Source: Podarcis muralis (lineage: Eukaryota). Taken from it: a stretch of DNA of 64,000 bases. Made by a program: the position numbers and the translations under genes. The stretch spans positions 6,572,001-6,636,000 of the forward strand of contig NC_135670.1 of the NCBI RefSeq assembly GCF_964188315.1, written 5' to 3'. Below, in pieces: positions 11,801 through 24,401 of the stretch. Each line of letters starts with the position of its first letter. Positions within the stretch are counted from its first letter, which is position 1. A model generated the notes under the pieces. The model was not told the DNA's origin, did no database searches, and saw nothing but the letters and a program-made list of their open reading frames with translations.

Positions 11801-11885
11801 ACCTGTTCCTTTGAGGAATGGAAAGGCAAGAGAAGCTGATCAGTGAAGTTGTTGGAGGACTCTGGGTAGGTGAGGGCCTTTTATA
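11801..11885 (-). promoter_or_regulatory. G2 TATA box, exon 1 (about 11803-11855) and donor
   Basis: TATAAAA at 11879-11885 (minus); ccaacaacttca 30 nt later; cag|GTAAGC donor at 11802. Confidence 0.8.
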
Positions 11886-12404
11886 CTGTGTCTGTGGCAT
11901 CCCTGCTCAATGACACCTCTTTGCTCTCAAGATCCGCCCTCAAAATCTGCTGGTTTCATCATGTGCAAAATTACTTTAATAATCCCAGTGGTTTCAGGGC
12001 CAAGGACTCTGCTGTCCTCAGCTTATTACAATAAATTACTCAGATCGTCTTTTCAAGTTCTCTCTGTCTTCTCCCTGGGAATTTTCATTAATATTTTAGT
12101 ATCATGCCTAGTGACTTGATGTCCCACACTGACGACTGTTGGTCTTAGTGGGACTTATTTGTGAGAAAACATGCATGGATTTTGAGCTGTTGATTTTGTG
12201 TTGTTTTTTAAAGAATATTTATTGAAACTTTTCAACATAATACAACGAAAACCAAGCTAATCTGAATAAAATGAAAGAAAAAAAGGATTTGAAACTAAAA
12301 CTCCCATCATTCCCAATAATTGGTAGTGCCGGCTAGGGCTGATAGGAGTTAGAGTGCAACAACATCAGGTGAGTCCCATAGATTCCTTGCCCCTGTTTTA
12401 ACTT

Positions 12405-12700
12405 TGTGGCTTAGGGCCCTCGTATTTATGGGACCGCCTCTCTTGGTATGCCCCGCAGAGGACCTTAAGGTCCATGAATAATCATAGTTTGGAGGTCCTG
12501 GACCCTAAGGAAGTCAGACTATTCTCCACCAGGGCCAGGGCCTTTTCAGTGATGGCGAGGACCTGGTGGAATGCTCTGTCCCATGAGACTAGGGCCCTTC
12601 AGGATTTCACCTCCTTCCTTTGGGCCTGTAAGACAGAGCTATTCCGCCTGGCCTTTAATTTGAATTAGTCTGATCTTTTATTTCCCTTCTCTTCCCTCCC
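12405..12700 (+). mobile_element. L2 LINE 3' fragment
   Basis: accagggccagggccttttcagtgatggcg...tggtggaatgctctg...cctgtaagacagagctattccgcctggccttt is a typical L2 3' end. Confidence 0.55.
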
Positions 12701-14183
12701 CCTCCCCCTCCCCTTTTATAAAGATTACCTGCTCTGAGACCCCACAGCTAATTCTCCCCTGGCCTCCTTGCTGGCCCAAGTAGGACTAATTCAGCCAGCT
12801 AGCCCTGGTGACTATCTAATGCTTAGAATCACAGTGTCTACCTACTGTCTACTTCCACAGTCAACTCACAGTCAACCTTCACTCAAGCACCCACAGTCAT
12901 CCACAGTCGACCATCCACAGACATCTACAGTTAACCCACCCACACTCAGCATCCATTGACATTTGCGGGGCCACTGGTCACCCTCTCACACACATTTGGG
13001 CCTCATTCTGTATAAATCAGGTCTAATATAAACCTACTGGCTCCTGTTTCTGTAGCACCACATATAAGAAGAATACAGTAAGAGCCCTATTGATCAAACA
13101 CAAAGTCTGACTAGTTTTGGACATGAAGATCCTTCTATGAAGCTATATACAACGAAGCCATATACAACAAAGTCTTTACTAGGAATAGCTCATACACCGT
13201 TCTTGAAAATGGAGGAACTATATCAATTCTTCAGGAGAATTGTAATGTACTAGTGTGTGAGACCTCAAGATAGCACTGTAATTTGAGATTAAGGGCCTTT
13301 TTAGACTAGACGGATCAGACCCAAGTTTGTTGAATGTCTTGCAGCTCTGTCCATCAACCAATGTCCACCTGTTGGGTAATCTGGGACTGGAGGTCCCTTA
13401 AGGCACATTTCAGTCTCACCCTCTCAACCACCCTCTGTCTCAAAGGTGGTTGAGCATCTGTCTTGCATTCATGAGGTCCCAATTCCTGGCACCTCCAAGT
13501 AGGGCTGGGAAAGGTTTCCTGTCTGAAGACTTGGAGGGGTACTGCCGGTCAGTGTAAACAACACTGAACTGGATGGACCAACAGTCTGACTCAGCACAAT
13601 GCAGCTTCCTATATTCCTATTTCAATCATCCTTTACTTAATTCAAAGCTACACTTTTCAGGGTGGTTTCACAATCAATCCCTCTTCAGATCTGTAGGAGA
13701 GACAGAATGGAGTGGTTTTTCCTCAGGGTGTGAGGCTGAGAAAGATGGAAGCTGGGAAGACATGGATCTCTGTGAATTAAAGATTAAGACAGAAGGTTGA
13801 TAAAATATAAAAATGTTGTTTTGTGTAGGTGTGTTTCTTTTTTTCTCCTCCTCCCTGTTTTTCTTTTTCTTATTTTGCTCTTTAGATATTACCTTTGTTT
13901 GGTTTTTATTGTATTATAAGTTGAAAACATTTAACAAAATTGATTTTTTAAAAAATTCCTCTCCTCACGGAACGTAGGTAATTCAAGCTCTGGAAGTGGA
14001 ATAGGGGATCTCCTAGCAACTCTCAGCACCCCTGGGAAACTACAGCTCCCATAATTCTTTGGGGGGGAGCAATGACTATGTGGTATCATAGTGCTGTGAG
14101 TGCGGTTGGGAAGAAAAGCTCCTCTCTATCCACTCTGTCATCACTCCACAAAATTATTTCATTCACTGTTACTTGTTCTAAAC

Positions 14184-14321
14184 CAGGCAAAAGCAAACCC
14201 GGCCCTCCAGATGTTTTGAAACTACAACTCCCATCATCCTTGACCACTGGTCCTGTTAGCTAGGGATGATGGGAGTTGTAGTCCCAAAACATCTGGAGGG
14301 TGCCTAGTTTGCCTATGCCTG
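14184..14321. mobile_element. hAT-type palindromic MITE
   Basis: 8-bp TSD ttctaaac (14176-14183, 14322-14329); internal ctacaactcccatcatcc/ggatgatgggagttgtag palindrome. Confidence 0.8.
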
Positions 14322-14460
14322 TTCTAAACAAGAGTGGCAAGCAAGTAACTATGGAAAGTTGTTCCAGTCCCCTGATCATTTTGCTTATCCCCTTTTCCCC
14401 ATCTCAACAATATTTTTGAGATATTCAAAAAGAATTGTGAATGTATCTCTTCATTTACGA

Positions 14461-14817
14461 GAGCGCGGGTGGCACTGTGGGTTAAACCACAGAGCCTAGG
14501 ACTTGCCGATCAGAAGGTCGGTGGTTCGAATCCCTGCTACAGGGTGAGCTCCCGTTGCTCGGCCCCTGCTCCTGCCAACCTAGCGGTTTGAAAGCACGTC
14601 AAAGTGCAAGTAGATAAATACGTACCGCTCTGGCGGGAAGGTAAATGACATTTCCGTGCACTGCTCTGGTTCGCCAGAAGGGGCTTAGTCATGCTGGCCA
14701 CATGACCTGGAAGCTGTACGCCGGCTCCCTCGGCCAATAAAGCAAGATGAGCACCGCAACCGCAGAGTCGGTCACAACTGGACCCAATGGTCAGGGGTCC
14801 CTTTACCTTTACCTTTA
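14461..14817 (-). mobile_element. Sauria SINE
   Basis: Reverse complement of the Sauria SINE sequence, ending in ccctttacctttaccttt. Confidence 0.85.
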
Positions 14818-15429
14818 TCTCAAAAGGGACATCTGTGAGAACAGGCCGCTGGACTAGATGGGCCATGTTGTTATGGGAAGCTGGGCTGAAGTGTTCATTA
14901 AACTCCACAAATTTGCTACATGGACACTTCTGAGAGATTAGACCTTTATTGTGTAATATGTAATATCCGACCTGTCGCTAGAAAAGATGGTGGAGTGTTG
15001 GGACTCCATAACATGAGCTTCGGCTTGCAGCCATGTCCTTATTAAATCTCAACCTGGCATTTAGTTCTCGGCATGAACAGCCTATGAGAGAAGTTTGCTT
15101 TGATGGGCACTTTGATCTTGGAAAATGGCTCCGAAAAAATGCCAAGCTTCTGAGGAAGCAAATATCCTGTGTTTGTTTGTTTGATTTGTTGTTCTAGGAA
15201 ACCTCAAAGAAAGGTAGGGGATGCTTAGCCATGCAAGATGCAGCGGCAGGTTGAATCATTCTCAGTTTCAGTCTCTGTCAGTTATAAATATGGGAATTCA
15301 TAAAACTGTGGGGTAGGAACCTGCCTCAAATGTTTAGCTTGAAAGCAGGGTTCAGCAAAAGCTCAGGGCCTTGGAAACTGCCTTATATCAAACCATACTA
15401 TTGTATTGTCTATACAGTATTGTCTATAC

Positions 15430-15700
15430 CATGGGTAGGCAAACGAAGGTCCGTGGGCCGGATCAGGCCCAATTGCCTTCTGGATCCAGGCCGTGGACAG
15501 TCTGGGAATCGCCGTGTGGATCGCCAGCACGCACATTCTTTCCCTCTCCCTCACACGGCTGCGGCGGCTGCAGCGGCAGCGCCGCCTCCTCCCTCCCTCC
15601 TCCCGGCTTCTCCCTGTCCTGCCTAGAGGAGGAAGGGGGCTGGGCTTTGTTAGTGCCAGCAGCAAGCGGCCACCATTTTAAGCAGCGCGAGTATGAGAGC
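15430..15700 (+). mobile_element. hAT-type element, one terminus only
   Basis: catgggtaggcaaac terminus shared with the copies at 52136 and 55504; second TIR not found. Confidence 0.5.
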
Positions 15701-16095
15701 TGGCTAAGTGGGCCTTTGGTTTATGGCCTAATCCAGCCTGGCTCTTCCTGGGTTATGATGATGAGTGGCTTGTGTTCAGTGACGCCTCCACATGGCCTCT
15801 TTGCAAAGTTTCCCTGCTTTATTTGATCTGAAATGAAGCTGGCAGAACATTATCCCAGTGGTGGGCGAAGGAAGATCAACATGTTGGAATGTGCAGTGCA
15901 GTTACTGTGAGAATCTAACAACAGCTTCATTAAAGACAAATTGCTCCAACTCTTCACGGCTATTATTAAAGTAATCTGGTGTGTGATGCTGATGAGGCAA
16001 TTTGTCGGCAGCTAATTAGGACTTTGGGCAACAGGGGAAGAGGGGGGAAAAAACCACCGCTGTGTCCTGAAACCACAGACCAGTGAGGCTGAGAG

Positions 16096-16184
16096 TATAT
16101 AAACCCATGGATTGGAGAGCTTTTCCATCAGTTCCACCAGAGCTTCCGACGTCTCTCAGCTTTCTATTGCTTGGAAAGGCAGGT
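16096..16184 (+). promoter_or_regulatory. G3 TATA box, exon 1 (about 16125-16182) and donor
   Basis: TATATAAA at 16096-16103; ccatcagttcca at +29; cag|GTAAG donor at 16183. About 15725-16330 is homologous to about 1530-2110. Confidence 0.8.
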
Positions 16185-16551
16185 AAGAGAGCTGACTCCA
16201 GAAGGGATTTGCAATACCATTTGTCACTTTTCTAAGACATATCTTTCTCCATCTATCTCTTCCTCTCTGTTTTGCTTAAAAAAAATATGCATGGCATGGT
16301 GATTCTTTGAGCTAGTTCAATCCATAGAATGGGTGTTTCTTGCAAAATGGAAGTTGAATTCAGACATGAAGATATATGTTGTCAGCTGCAGCCTTACTCT
16401 TTGGTTGAGGCTGTGGCCCTCCATATATTATTGGGCTGCAACTCCCGTCAGCCTCACTCACCAGACACGATGGTCACGGGTGATGGAGCTGTTCTACAGA
16501 AACATCTAGAATAGATGGATGCAGTTCCTTATCGCTGGTATACAGTAAATA

Positions 16552-16913
16552 AAAGGTAAAGGTACCCCTGCCCGTACGGGCCAGTCTTGCCAGACTCTAG
16601 GGTTGTGCACCCATCTCACTCAAGAGGCCGGGGGCCAGCGCTGTCCGGAGACACTTCCGGGTCACGTGGCCAGCGTGACATTGCTGCTCTGGTGAGCCAG
16701 AGCCGCACACGGAAACGCCGTTTACCTTCCCGCTTGTAAGCGGTCCCTATTTATCTACTTGCACCCGGGGGTGCTTTCGAAATGCTAGGTTGGCTGGCGC
16801 TGGGACCAAGCAACGGGAGCGCACCCCGCCGCGGGGATTCGAACCGCCGACCTTTTGATCGGCAAGCCCTAGGCGCTGAGGCTTTTACCCACAGCGCGAC
16901 CCGCGTCCCGCCC
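16552..16913 (+). mobile_element. Sauria SINE in the G3 intron
   Basis: Full length; 12-bp TSD atacagtaaata at 16540-16551 and 16914-16925. Confidence 0.9.
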
Positions 16914-17427
16914 ATACAGTAAATAGGCAGACACTATTGGTCAGGCTGCCTCTCCCCACATCCATCCCTGCCACTCCTCAAATCCTTGCATTCCTTGCAC
17001 TGTCGGGACAGGCATCTGTTTGGCCAGCATGAAAGCAAGAAACTGCACCAAATGGGAATTTGGTTTTATCAATCAGAGCTTATCTTAAATTGTTCCCACA
17101 GATTGTATGGACATCGTTTCCATGACCGTGGACATTGCTTCCATGAGACCTTCAATGGCTACTAGGCATGACACCTTTGCTGTGCCATCCATGGCCAAGA
17201 GCAGTAATGCTTAAGAAGAACGGAGGGAGGTGGGTGCTCTTGTGCTTGTGTTCTACTTACAAGGCTCCCATTGCCACATAAGGAAGACCACAGTGAGAAG
17301 ATAATGCTGGACTAGATGGGCCATTGGGTAACCTAACTTAGGCTTTAATGCATTGCAGCACTCCTTACCTATAATGAACTTTCTGCTCCCTCCTGTGTCC
17401 TTTCAGACTCACCTCCAACACTCAGCC

Positions 17428-17904
17428 ATGGCAAACTGTGGACCATCCTGTGCTGTCCCATCTTGCGCTTCCACCCCAGTCGTCGGTTTTGGATCAGCAG
17501 GTCTTGGAGGCCTTGGAGGCCTTGGTGGCCTTGGCCTTGGCGACACCTACGGCTATGGCTCCGGCGCCCTGGTTGGATCCGGCATCCCTTCTGCTAGTCT
17601 TGGTATTCTTTCTGGTGTCGCCCCTTCATGCATCAACCAGATCCCACCATCAGAGGTCGTGATCCAACCACCAGCCTGCATCGTGACCATCCCAGGACCC
17701 ATCCTCTCTGCCAGCTGTGAGCCCGTGGCTGTGGGAGGAAACGCTCCATGCTCCCCTGGTGGTTTGGGCAGTGGGTTCCTAGGAGCCGGTTCTCTTGGAG
17801 CCGGTGCTCTTGGAGCTGGTGGTCTTAGAGGATCTCGGTTTGGACTTGGGAGTCGCTATGGATTCGTTGGAGACAGAGGAAGCATCTGTTACACCCCCTG
17901 CTAA
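17428..17904 (+). CDS. Corneous beta-protein G3, 158 aa
   Basis: 2 aa differences from G1. Acceptor AG at 17405-17406. Confidence 0.96.
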   Translation: MANCGPSCAVPSCASTPVVGFGSAGLGGLGGLGGLGLGDTYGYGSGALVGSGIPSASLGILSGVAPSCINQIPPSEVVIQPPACIVTIPGPILSASCEPVAVGGNAPCSPGGLGSGFLGAGSLGAGALGAGGLRGSRFGLGSRYGFVGDRGSICYTPC

Positions 17905-18392
17905 GTTCACACGGACTATCAACTTACGAGAAGAAGACAGACCCAGATAAACAGCAGAATAGCTACATCTGAGTTTAGCTATGATGAGCACCCCAATCCC
18001 AGTCAGTCCCAATGGGAGTGAGGTTCAGCACCCCTGGGAATCAGGCCCGGCTAGATCTTTCATGCATCTCTTTCCTATCTCAACTTGCTCCCACTATTTA
18101 TATTCCTCTCCGATGTTTGTTTATTTATTTGCCTAGAGCTCTTCAAGGCATATGTTCCTATAGCAGAGTAAAGAGCACATGAATTATTCTCTCTGTCAAG
18201 GAAATTAGCACCTCAGTTGCACCGGAACTTCCAGGTAACTGAGGACCTTCTGTAAAGGAGAGGAGGAATAATATTATTTAAATACATCACCTCTCTCAGA
18301 AACAAATAAGCTGTTCAATTGCATGAGCTTTTTGCATTTTGCCCTGTTCAAATCTGCTTGTTGTTCACTGAAATGCTGTCTTTTACATTCCT

Positions 18393-18398
18393 AATAAA
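18393..18398 (+). terminator. G3 polyadenylation signal
   Basis: AATAAA followed by ctgcatcatagcactgg. Confidence 0.75.
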
Positions 18399-19156
18399 AT
18401 TTACACTGCATCATAGCACTGGTTTTTGGGTTTTCTTCTAAGATCATAGGACTGGATTCAATCAACCCAGCATTCCAGCAGAAATCAGCACTGGGACTCC
18501 CACTAGTGCTACAGGCCTTTCTCCCTCTCCTGTGCCCACTCATAACTGCACGTCCTTCATATCTTCTGGAGGGTCAGGAGAACCCCCATAATACCATGTG
18601 GAGGTTGGTGGAGAGTGTGGAATCATTGCAGCGAGCAAGTAGACATGTTTTGGCTGATAGAATGGTCAGAAGCACATGATACATGAACACCTCCCCTAGA
18701 GTTGACTCCAATATTATTCAAGCCCATGAGAATGACGGTGTATGGCAGTTTTATGGTCAGAACTTTAAATGGGTATACTCTGAGTTGAAATTAGTTGGGT
18801 TTGACCCACGAATGGTCAGCTGGACTGCTGCTGTAGAATCACCAGCTGCTGCCTGGGCCAGCGGGGGCATAAAAAGCAACATTAGCTGTAAGAAATCAAA
18901 TAGAGTCAATGGTACAATATATGGGCCCATATTTGAGTCTTTTTGGAGCCTAGGAATTGTCTTTCTAGATTGGCATAACATTGTACTAGTCCTCCCCAGC
19001 ACTCTTTTTTATAGCATCAGTCACCTAAGCTCTTATTATACCTTTTCAGAAAACATATGCTATTTAGTCGTATAGAATCTCAGCGCGAGTCTGTAGCATT
19101 TCACTACTTTGGACATAGTTTGCTAGAGCTATGCACACCTGTAAATCTAACTAATA

Positions 19157-19766
19157 AGTGGTGCCTTGGTTTAGAACTATAATCTGTTCCGGAGATCCAT
19201 TTGTAAACCAAAACAGGTAGTAACCCAAAGCGTGCTTTCGCCAATGGGGCCTCGCAAAAAAAATCTGTTCGTCATCCAAAAAAAATGGGCTGTAATCCAA
19301 AAAAAGGTGGCAAACCAGGACATGCACTTCCGGGTTTGACAAGTTTGTAATCCAAAATGTATGCAAAGCAAGACATATGCAAACCAAGGTAAAGCGTAAA
19401 GGTAAAGAGTCCCCTGACCGTTAGGTCCAGTCGCGGATGACTGTGGGGTTGCGGCGCTCATCTCGCTTTATTGGCCGAGGGAGCCAGCGTAAAGCTTCCG
19501 GGTCATGTGGCCAGCATGACTAAGTCGCTTCTGGCGAACCAGAGCAGTGCACAGAAATGCCGTTTACCTTCCCGCCAGAGTGGTACCTATTTAACTACTT
19601 GCACTTTGACGTGCTTTTGAACTGCTAGGTTGCCAGGAGCAGGGACCGAGCAACGGGAGCTCACCCCGTCGCGGGGATTCGAACCACCGATCTTCTGATC
19701 AGCAAGCCTTAGGCTCTGTGGTTTAGCCCACAGTGCCACCCGTGTCCCAAACCAACGTACCACTGT
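19157..19766. mobile_element. Tc1/mariner-type MITE with a nested Sauria SINE (19388-19748)
   Basis: agtggtgccttggtt...cgtaccactg termini; the SINE is flanked by TSD caaaccaa; the insertion is absent from the G2 arm. Confidence 0.8.
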
Positions 19767-20228
19767 GTATTAAATTATTGTTTAATGTGTAGAAGAGTAG
19801 AAGAGTGCAAGGGCTACACACCTCCCCAAAAAGCTCCAAGAGGAGTATTGGGGTGTCTTGGGGTCCTGCTACTCACTGATGGTACCTTGGCATATCCTGT
19901 CCCTGCCTCTGTACCGAAAGGCGCAGAAAGTGGGGGGGGGGGGGGGAGCTGAGCCCACCGGTGAGCTAGGCACCAACACAGCTCCATAGAGCAAAGCCTC
20001 TGATCTAGCCACGAGCAGTTACCTTTCCAATACATTGAGCCGATTGAAAGGTGAGGAGGAGGATCAGTTTAATTTGACTAATTTAATTCAGCAAAGCGGG
20101 AGGGGGAAAAGGAAGTCTACTCCCCTTTTCGGGTCTTCGAGCACGAAACCCATACAAGTGAAGTGCTGATGAAGTTTACTTTGGTAGACAAGTTAACTAA
20201 TGAACAATAAGGACTAAAAGGTTTTACA

Positions 20229-20368
20229 CAGCTTTCGTTTCAACCTGTGGGTCCCCAGATGTTGTTGGACTACAACTCCCATCATCCCTGAGCTCCGGCC
20301 TTGCTAGCTAGGGGGGATGGGAGTTGTAGTACAACAACATCTGGGGACCCACTGGTTGAGAAAGGCTG
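20229..20368. mobile_element. hAT-type palindromic MITE
   Basis: caacctgtgggtccccagatgttgttggactacaactccc / gggagttgtagtacaacaacatctggggacccactggttg inverted arms. Confidence 0.7.
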
Positions 20369-20767
20369 GTTTATATCAATCTCATTTTTTAAAAAAAGCA
20401 AACTTGACTTGAATTCAATTTGAACCTGAACTTATCTTATGGCGCTAATGAACTTGACTGAAAATGGAGGTTAAACCTGAGAGGGATTACAGTGTTATTT
20501 AATGGAAGAATACTATAATTTTCTTCTCTGGAAGAAAGACAGGACTGACTCTCTGAATTTTTTTTACCTTTGGGAAAGAGTTTCTGGGCTTTTCAGAGTC
20601 AGTGAAGATACCAAACCTAATGGAGTTAGAATTGTGGACTTATTTTATTAAAAGGCACCAGCTGCTTAAAAATCAAGATTGAAAGAAGAGGACTATAATA
20701 CCCATAGCTAATATTGGACTAAATCGGATTTAAAATAAAAAATCAGTTTTATTTATAAGGAGACAAT

Positions 20768-21022
20768 TCCAGGTCACGTGGCCAGCGTGACAAAGCTGCA
20801 TCTGGTGAGCCAGCGCAGCACACGGAAACGCTGTTTACCTTCCCGCCAGTAAGCGGTCCCTATTTATCTACTTGCACCCGGGGGTGCTTTCGAACTGCTA
20901 GGTTGGCAGGCGCTGGGACCGAGCAGCGGGAGCTCACCCCGCCGCGGGGATTCGAACCGCCTACCTTTCGATCGGCAAGTCCTAGGCGCTGAGGCTTTAA
21001 CCCACAGCGCCACCTGCATCCC
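20768..21022 (+). mobile_element. 5'-truncated Sauria SINE
   Basis: Matches the 3' two-thirds of the full-length copies. Confidence 0.8.
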
Positions 21023-21154
21023 ACACAGTTTTATTTATATTGGATACTAAAAATTGCTTTGGTGTGAAGGAATGCTAAGATTTGAATATATATAATTGTT
21101 AAATTTTGTATCTGTGAGCAATGTGGGAGGAGGGGAGGGAAGAGGTTAGAAGTA

Positions 21155-21385
21155 CAGTGGTACCTCGGGTTACAGACGCTTCAGATTACAGATGCTTTAG
21201 GTTACAGACTCCACTAACCCAGAAATAGTACCTCAGGTTAAGAACTTTGCTTCAGGATGAGAACAGAAATTGTGCGGTGGCAGCGGGAGGCCCCATTAGC
21301 TAAAGTGGTACCTCAGGTTAAGAACAGTTTCAGGTTAAGAACGGACCTCCAGAATGAATTAAGTTCTTAACCTGAGGTACCACTG
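21155..21385. mobile_element. Tc1/mariner MITE (family A)
   Basis: TA-cagtggtacct...aggtaccactg-TA. Confidence 0.85.
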
Positions 21386-21407
21386 TACTGGTTTTCTCTA
21401 CTGAATA

Positions 21408-21533
21408 CAGTGGTACCTCGGGTTAAGTACTTAATTCGTTCCGGAGGTCCGTTCTTAATCTGAAACTGTTCTTAACCTGAAGCACCACTGAAGTGTATGT
21501 AACCTGAAGCATATGTAACCCGAGGTACCACTG
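21408..21533. mobile_element. Tc1/mariner MITE (family A), internally deleted
   Basis: TA-flanked TIRs; the central part is missing relative to the other copies. Confidence 0.8.
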
Positions 21534-21559
21534 TATAGCAAAATGACTTTGACCAAGTA

Positions 21560-22180
21560 CTGATAAAGTTAAAAATAACACTTTCCTTGGTGGAAAGGAC
21601 TCTTTGTTTTGAAATTTAACAATGTAGAGGAAGCTGGGAAACAGGGAGAGAATTCCCCCCCCCCCATACCAGATTAGAAATGGCAGAAGAAGGAAAATGT
21701 TAATAATGCAGTTTCTCAAATTTGGAAAAAAAAACCCCGATTTACTTTCAGAGGCAGTGGAACAATTTAAAGAGGGGAATGTAAAAACCACTAAGGTGGG
21801 AATTGTAGAGGAATGAGGTTCGAGGAAAATGCAAGGATCAGTAAGGGTGGTCCAAGATAAAACTGGCATCCCGTGTGAATAAATTTGGGAGGCTTTGACT
21901 GTGATGAAGATGAAACAGGAAGGGGGGGCAAATTGTATGAAAGGCTACTATATGTGGTGGTAATGTAAAGTTATCAAAAAGGCCTGGGAAATGACATAAA
22001 AGACTTGAAGACAATGTTGAAAATGATTTTTTGTTTTAAAAAAACCAGAAGCCATGATATTAAAAAAGGGAAATGTTTAATGCATATTTTTCAAGTGTTG
22101 TTTATAGACTTCCACATTAGTAAAACTTACAAAAATCACTTGTATTAAGATGAGCAAGGTTTTAACATTGGACTGTTAAG
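21560..22180 (+). mobile_element. Degenerate L1-clade LINE ORF2 C-terminal fragment
   Basis: A-rich; decayed zinc-knuckle-like tatatgtggtggtaatgtaaa (HMWWxC-like). Confidence 0.45.
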
Positions 22181-22184
22181 AATA

Positions 22185-22425
22185 CAGTGGTATCTTGGGT
22201 TACGAACTTAATTCGTTCCGGAAGTCCATTCTTAACCTGAAACCATTCTTAACCTGAGGTACCACTTTAGCTAATGGCGCCTCCCGCTGCCGCCGTGCCA
22301 TCAGCGCACAATTTCCGTTCTCATCCTGGGGCAGAGTTCTCAACCCGAGGTACTACTTCTGGGGTGGCAGAGTTTGTAACCCGAAGTGTTTGTAACCTGA
22401 AGCGTTTGTAACCCAAGGTACCATT
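22185..22425. mobile_element. Tc1/mariner MITE (family A)
   Basis: TA-cagtggtatctt start; same internal sequence as the other copies, in reverse orientation. Confidence 0.8.
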
Positions 22426-23044
22426 AATAAAACATTAATATTTTAATGTTTCAATATTTTAATGTTGTATTTTAATCTTGTTCTTAAGTTGTATTCATTA
22501 AACTTGTTTTTATTATTGCTTGTTAGCCACCCTGAGCCAGGCCTGGGCTGGGGAGGGCGGGGTATAAATAAAATTTATTATTATTATAACCACTGTATAA
22601 TGTTTAACAGACGTGCATGAATAAGCATATAACAATAGAACCAAGAGGAGAAGTGGAGGGAAGTCAATTGAGTTAAAATTCATGATATGTTTGTAGTGTG
22701 TGTTTTTCTTTTTGTGTCATTATAAAATCAATAAATTGTATTTAAAAAACAACAACAGAGTATCTGCACCACCATGGATTCCTCTGCCATATCTTCTATT
22801 GCTCTTCTCTCAGAACAGTTGTCAACGTTTCCCTTTTTAAAAGAGAAATTCCCTTATTCTGAATAGGATTCCTCGCAAGAAAAGGGAAAAGTTGACACCT
22901 ATGTCTCTCAGGCCTTTGGCAGACTTCTGGCATCAAAGACAACAGAGGTATTAGAACAATTGGTTAAATCCTTTGAGACTAAAAAGACAGTGGTCAATTT
23001 TTATACATATTTGGTATCAGTAAATAAATTTGATATAGTAATTT

Positions 23045-23050
23045 AATTTA

Positions 23051-23110
<60 letters not shown>
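23045..23110. repeat. (TTA)n microsatellite
   Basis: Direct reading. Confidence 0.95.
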
Positions 23111-23111
<1 letters not shown>

Positions 23112-23398
23112 TTATTTATGATATCCCTTTCACCTCCTCCAATGTTCAAGGGTTCTGATGGTCTCTAGATGGCAAGTTCTGGAAATACTTGCTGCACTGT
23201 GAACAGGATGGTGGGTGCTTGAACCAGTCCAAGAGGATATGTGTTAGGTTCTTAAGGCTGTGACCCTGAACCGACTTACTTTTGAGTAAGTTGCATTGAA
23301 CTGTATTGAAAGGAACTTATTTCTTGGTAGACGGATATAGGATTGTGCTGCCACATAAAAGGAAAACCAGAAAGCCAGTGCTATGATGCAGAAAAAGT

Positions 23399-23404
23399 TT
23401 TATT
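23399..23404 (-). terminator. G4 polyadenylation signal
   Basis: tttatt, with gctatgatgcag upstream on the plus strand. Confidence 0.75.
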
Positions 23405-23906
23405 GGGAATTTCAAACAGTAAAAGTATTCAAGTGAATACTAAGCATACTGGAAGACAATAAAGCAAAAAAGAACACATTCCAGTGAACAGCTTCTCCTT
23501 TAGAATTATTTTTTTCAGGTTGGAGGTAGAGTAGAGGGTCCTACATTTATAGAACATTCTTTCCACCTTCCTTTACATTAAGTCCCAATTACACATATTT
23601 ACACTTGCATGCTAATTTCATAGACATAGTGAATGGATCTTGTGCTTTTCTTCCCAATGCAAATTGGTGTGTTTCAAAGAGACGTAGGCAAATAAATATA
23701 GTAGCAAGCAGGAGAAAGTGAGATAAAATTAAACTGGAAACAGCTGCATGTTCTAGATGGGCCTGATTACAAGGGATGCAGAACACTCTCCCAGCTCCCA
23801 TTGGGACTGCCTAGGGAGTTTGGGTGCTCAGCATACCTAAAATCAGACCGAAATAGTCCACCACAGATCTCTTTTTCTTTCCTCCTTCTTGACAGACCGT
23901 GAGAGC

Positions 23907-24401
23907 TTAGCAGGGGGTATAGCAGATGCTGCCTCTACGCCCCACAAACCCATAACGGCCACGGCCCCCCAAACCACCAGAGCTAGACCCCAGAAGACCT
24001 GCACCACCATAGAGCCCTCTGCCAAATCCGCTGCCAAATCCGGATCCATAACCTCCAGCAGCACATGGGGTGTTGCCTCCGACAGACACAGGCTCACAAC
24101 TGGCAGAGAGGATGGGTCCTGGGATGGTCAGGACGACAGAAGGTGGCTGGACCACAACCTCTGCTGGTGGGATCTGGTTGACGCATGAAGGCTGGACTCC
24201 AGAAAGAATACCAAGACTGGCAGAAGGGACGCCGGATCCAACCAGGGCACCGGAGCCATAGCCAGAACCATAGCCGAATCCACCGCCCAATCCACCGCCA
24301 AGGCCAAGGCCACCGCCAAAACCACAGCCGGCTGGTCCAAAACCAACGACTGGGGTGGAAGCACAAGATGGGACGGCGCAGGAAGGTCCACAGTTAGCCA
24401 T
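23907..24401 (-). CDS. Corneous beta-protein G4, 164 aa
   Basis: MANCGPSC...SCVNQIPPAEVVVQPPSVVLTIPGPILSASCEP...RRGSICYTPC. Acceptor AG at 24410-24411 (minus). Confidence 0.96.
   Translation of the reverse strand: MANCGPSCAVPSCASTPVVGFGPAGCGFGGGLGLGGGLGGGFGYGSGYGSGALVGSGVPSASLGILSGVQPSCVNQIPPAEVVVQPPSVVLTIPGPILSASCEPVSVGGNTPCAAGGYGSGFGSGFGRGLYGGAGLLGSSSGGLGGRGRYGFVGRRGSICYTPC

Larger units (their letters stand above)
17351..19797 (+). repeat. Inverted repeat A, right arm
   Basis: Reverse complement of 9463-11305, interrupted by a MITE plus SINE at 19157-19766. Confidence 0.9.
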
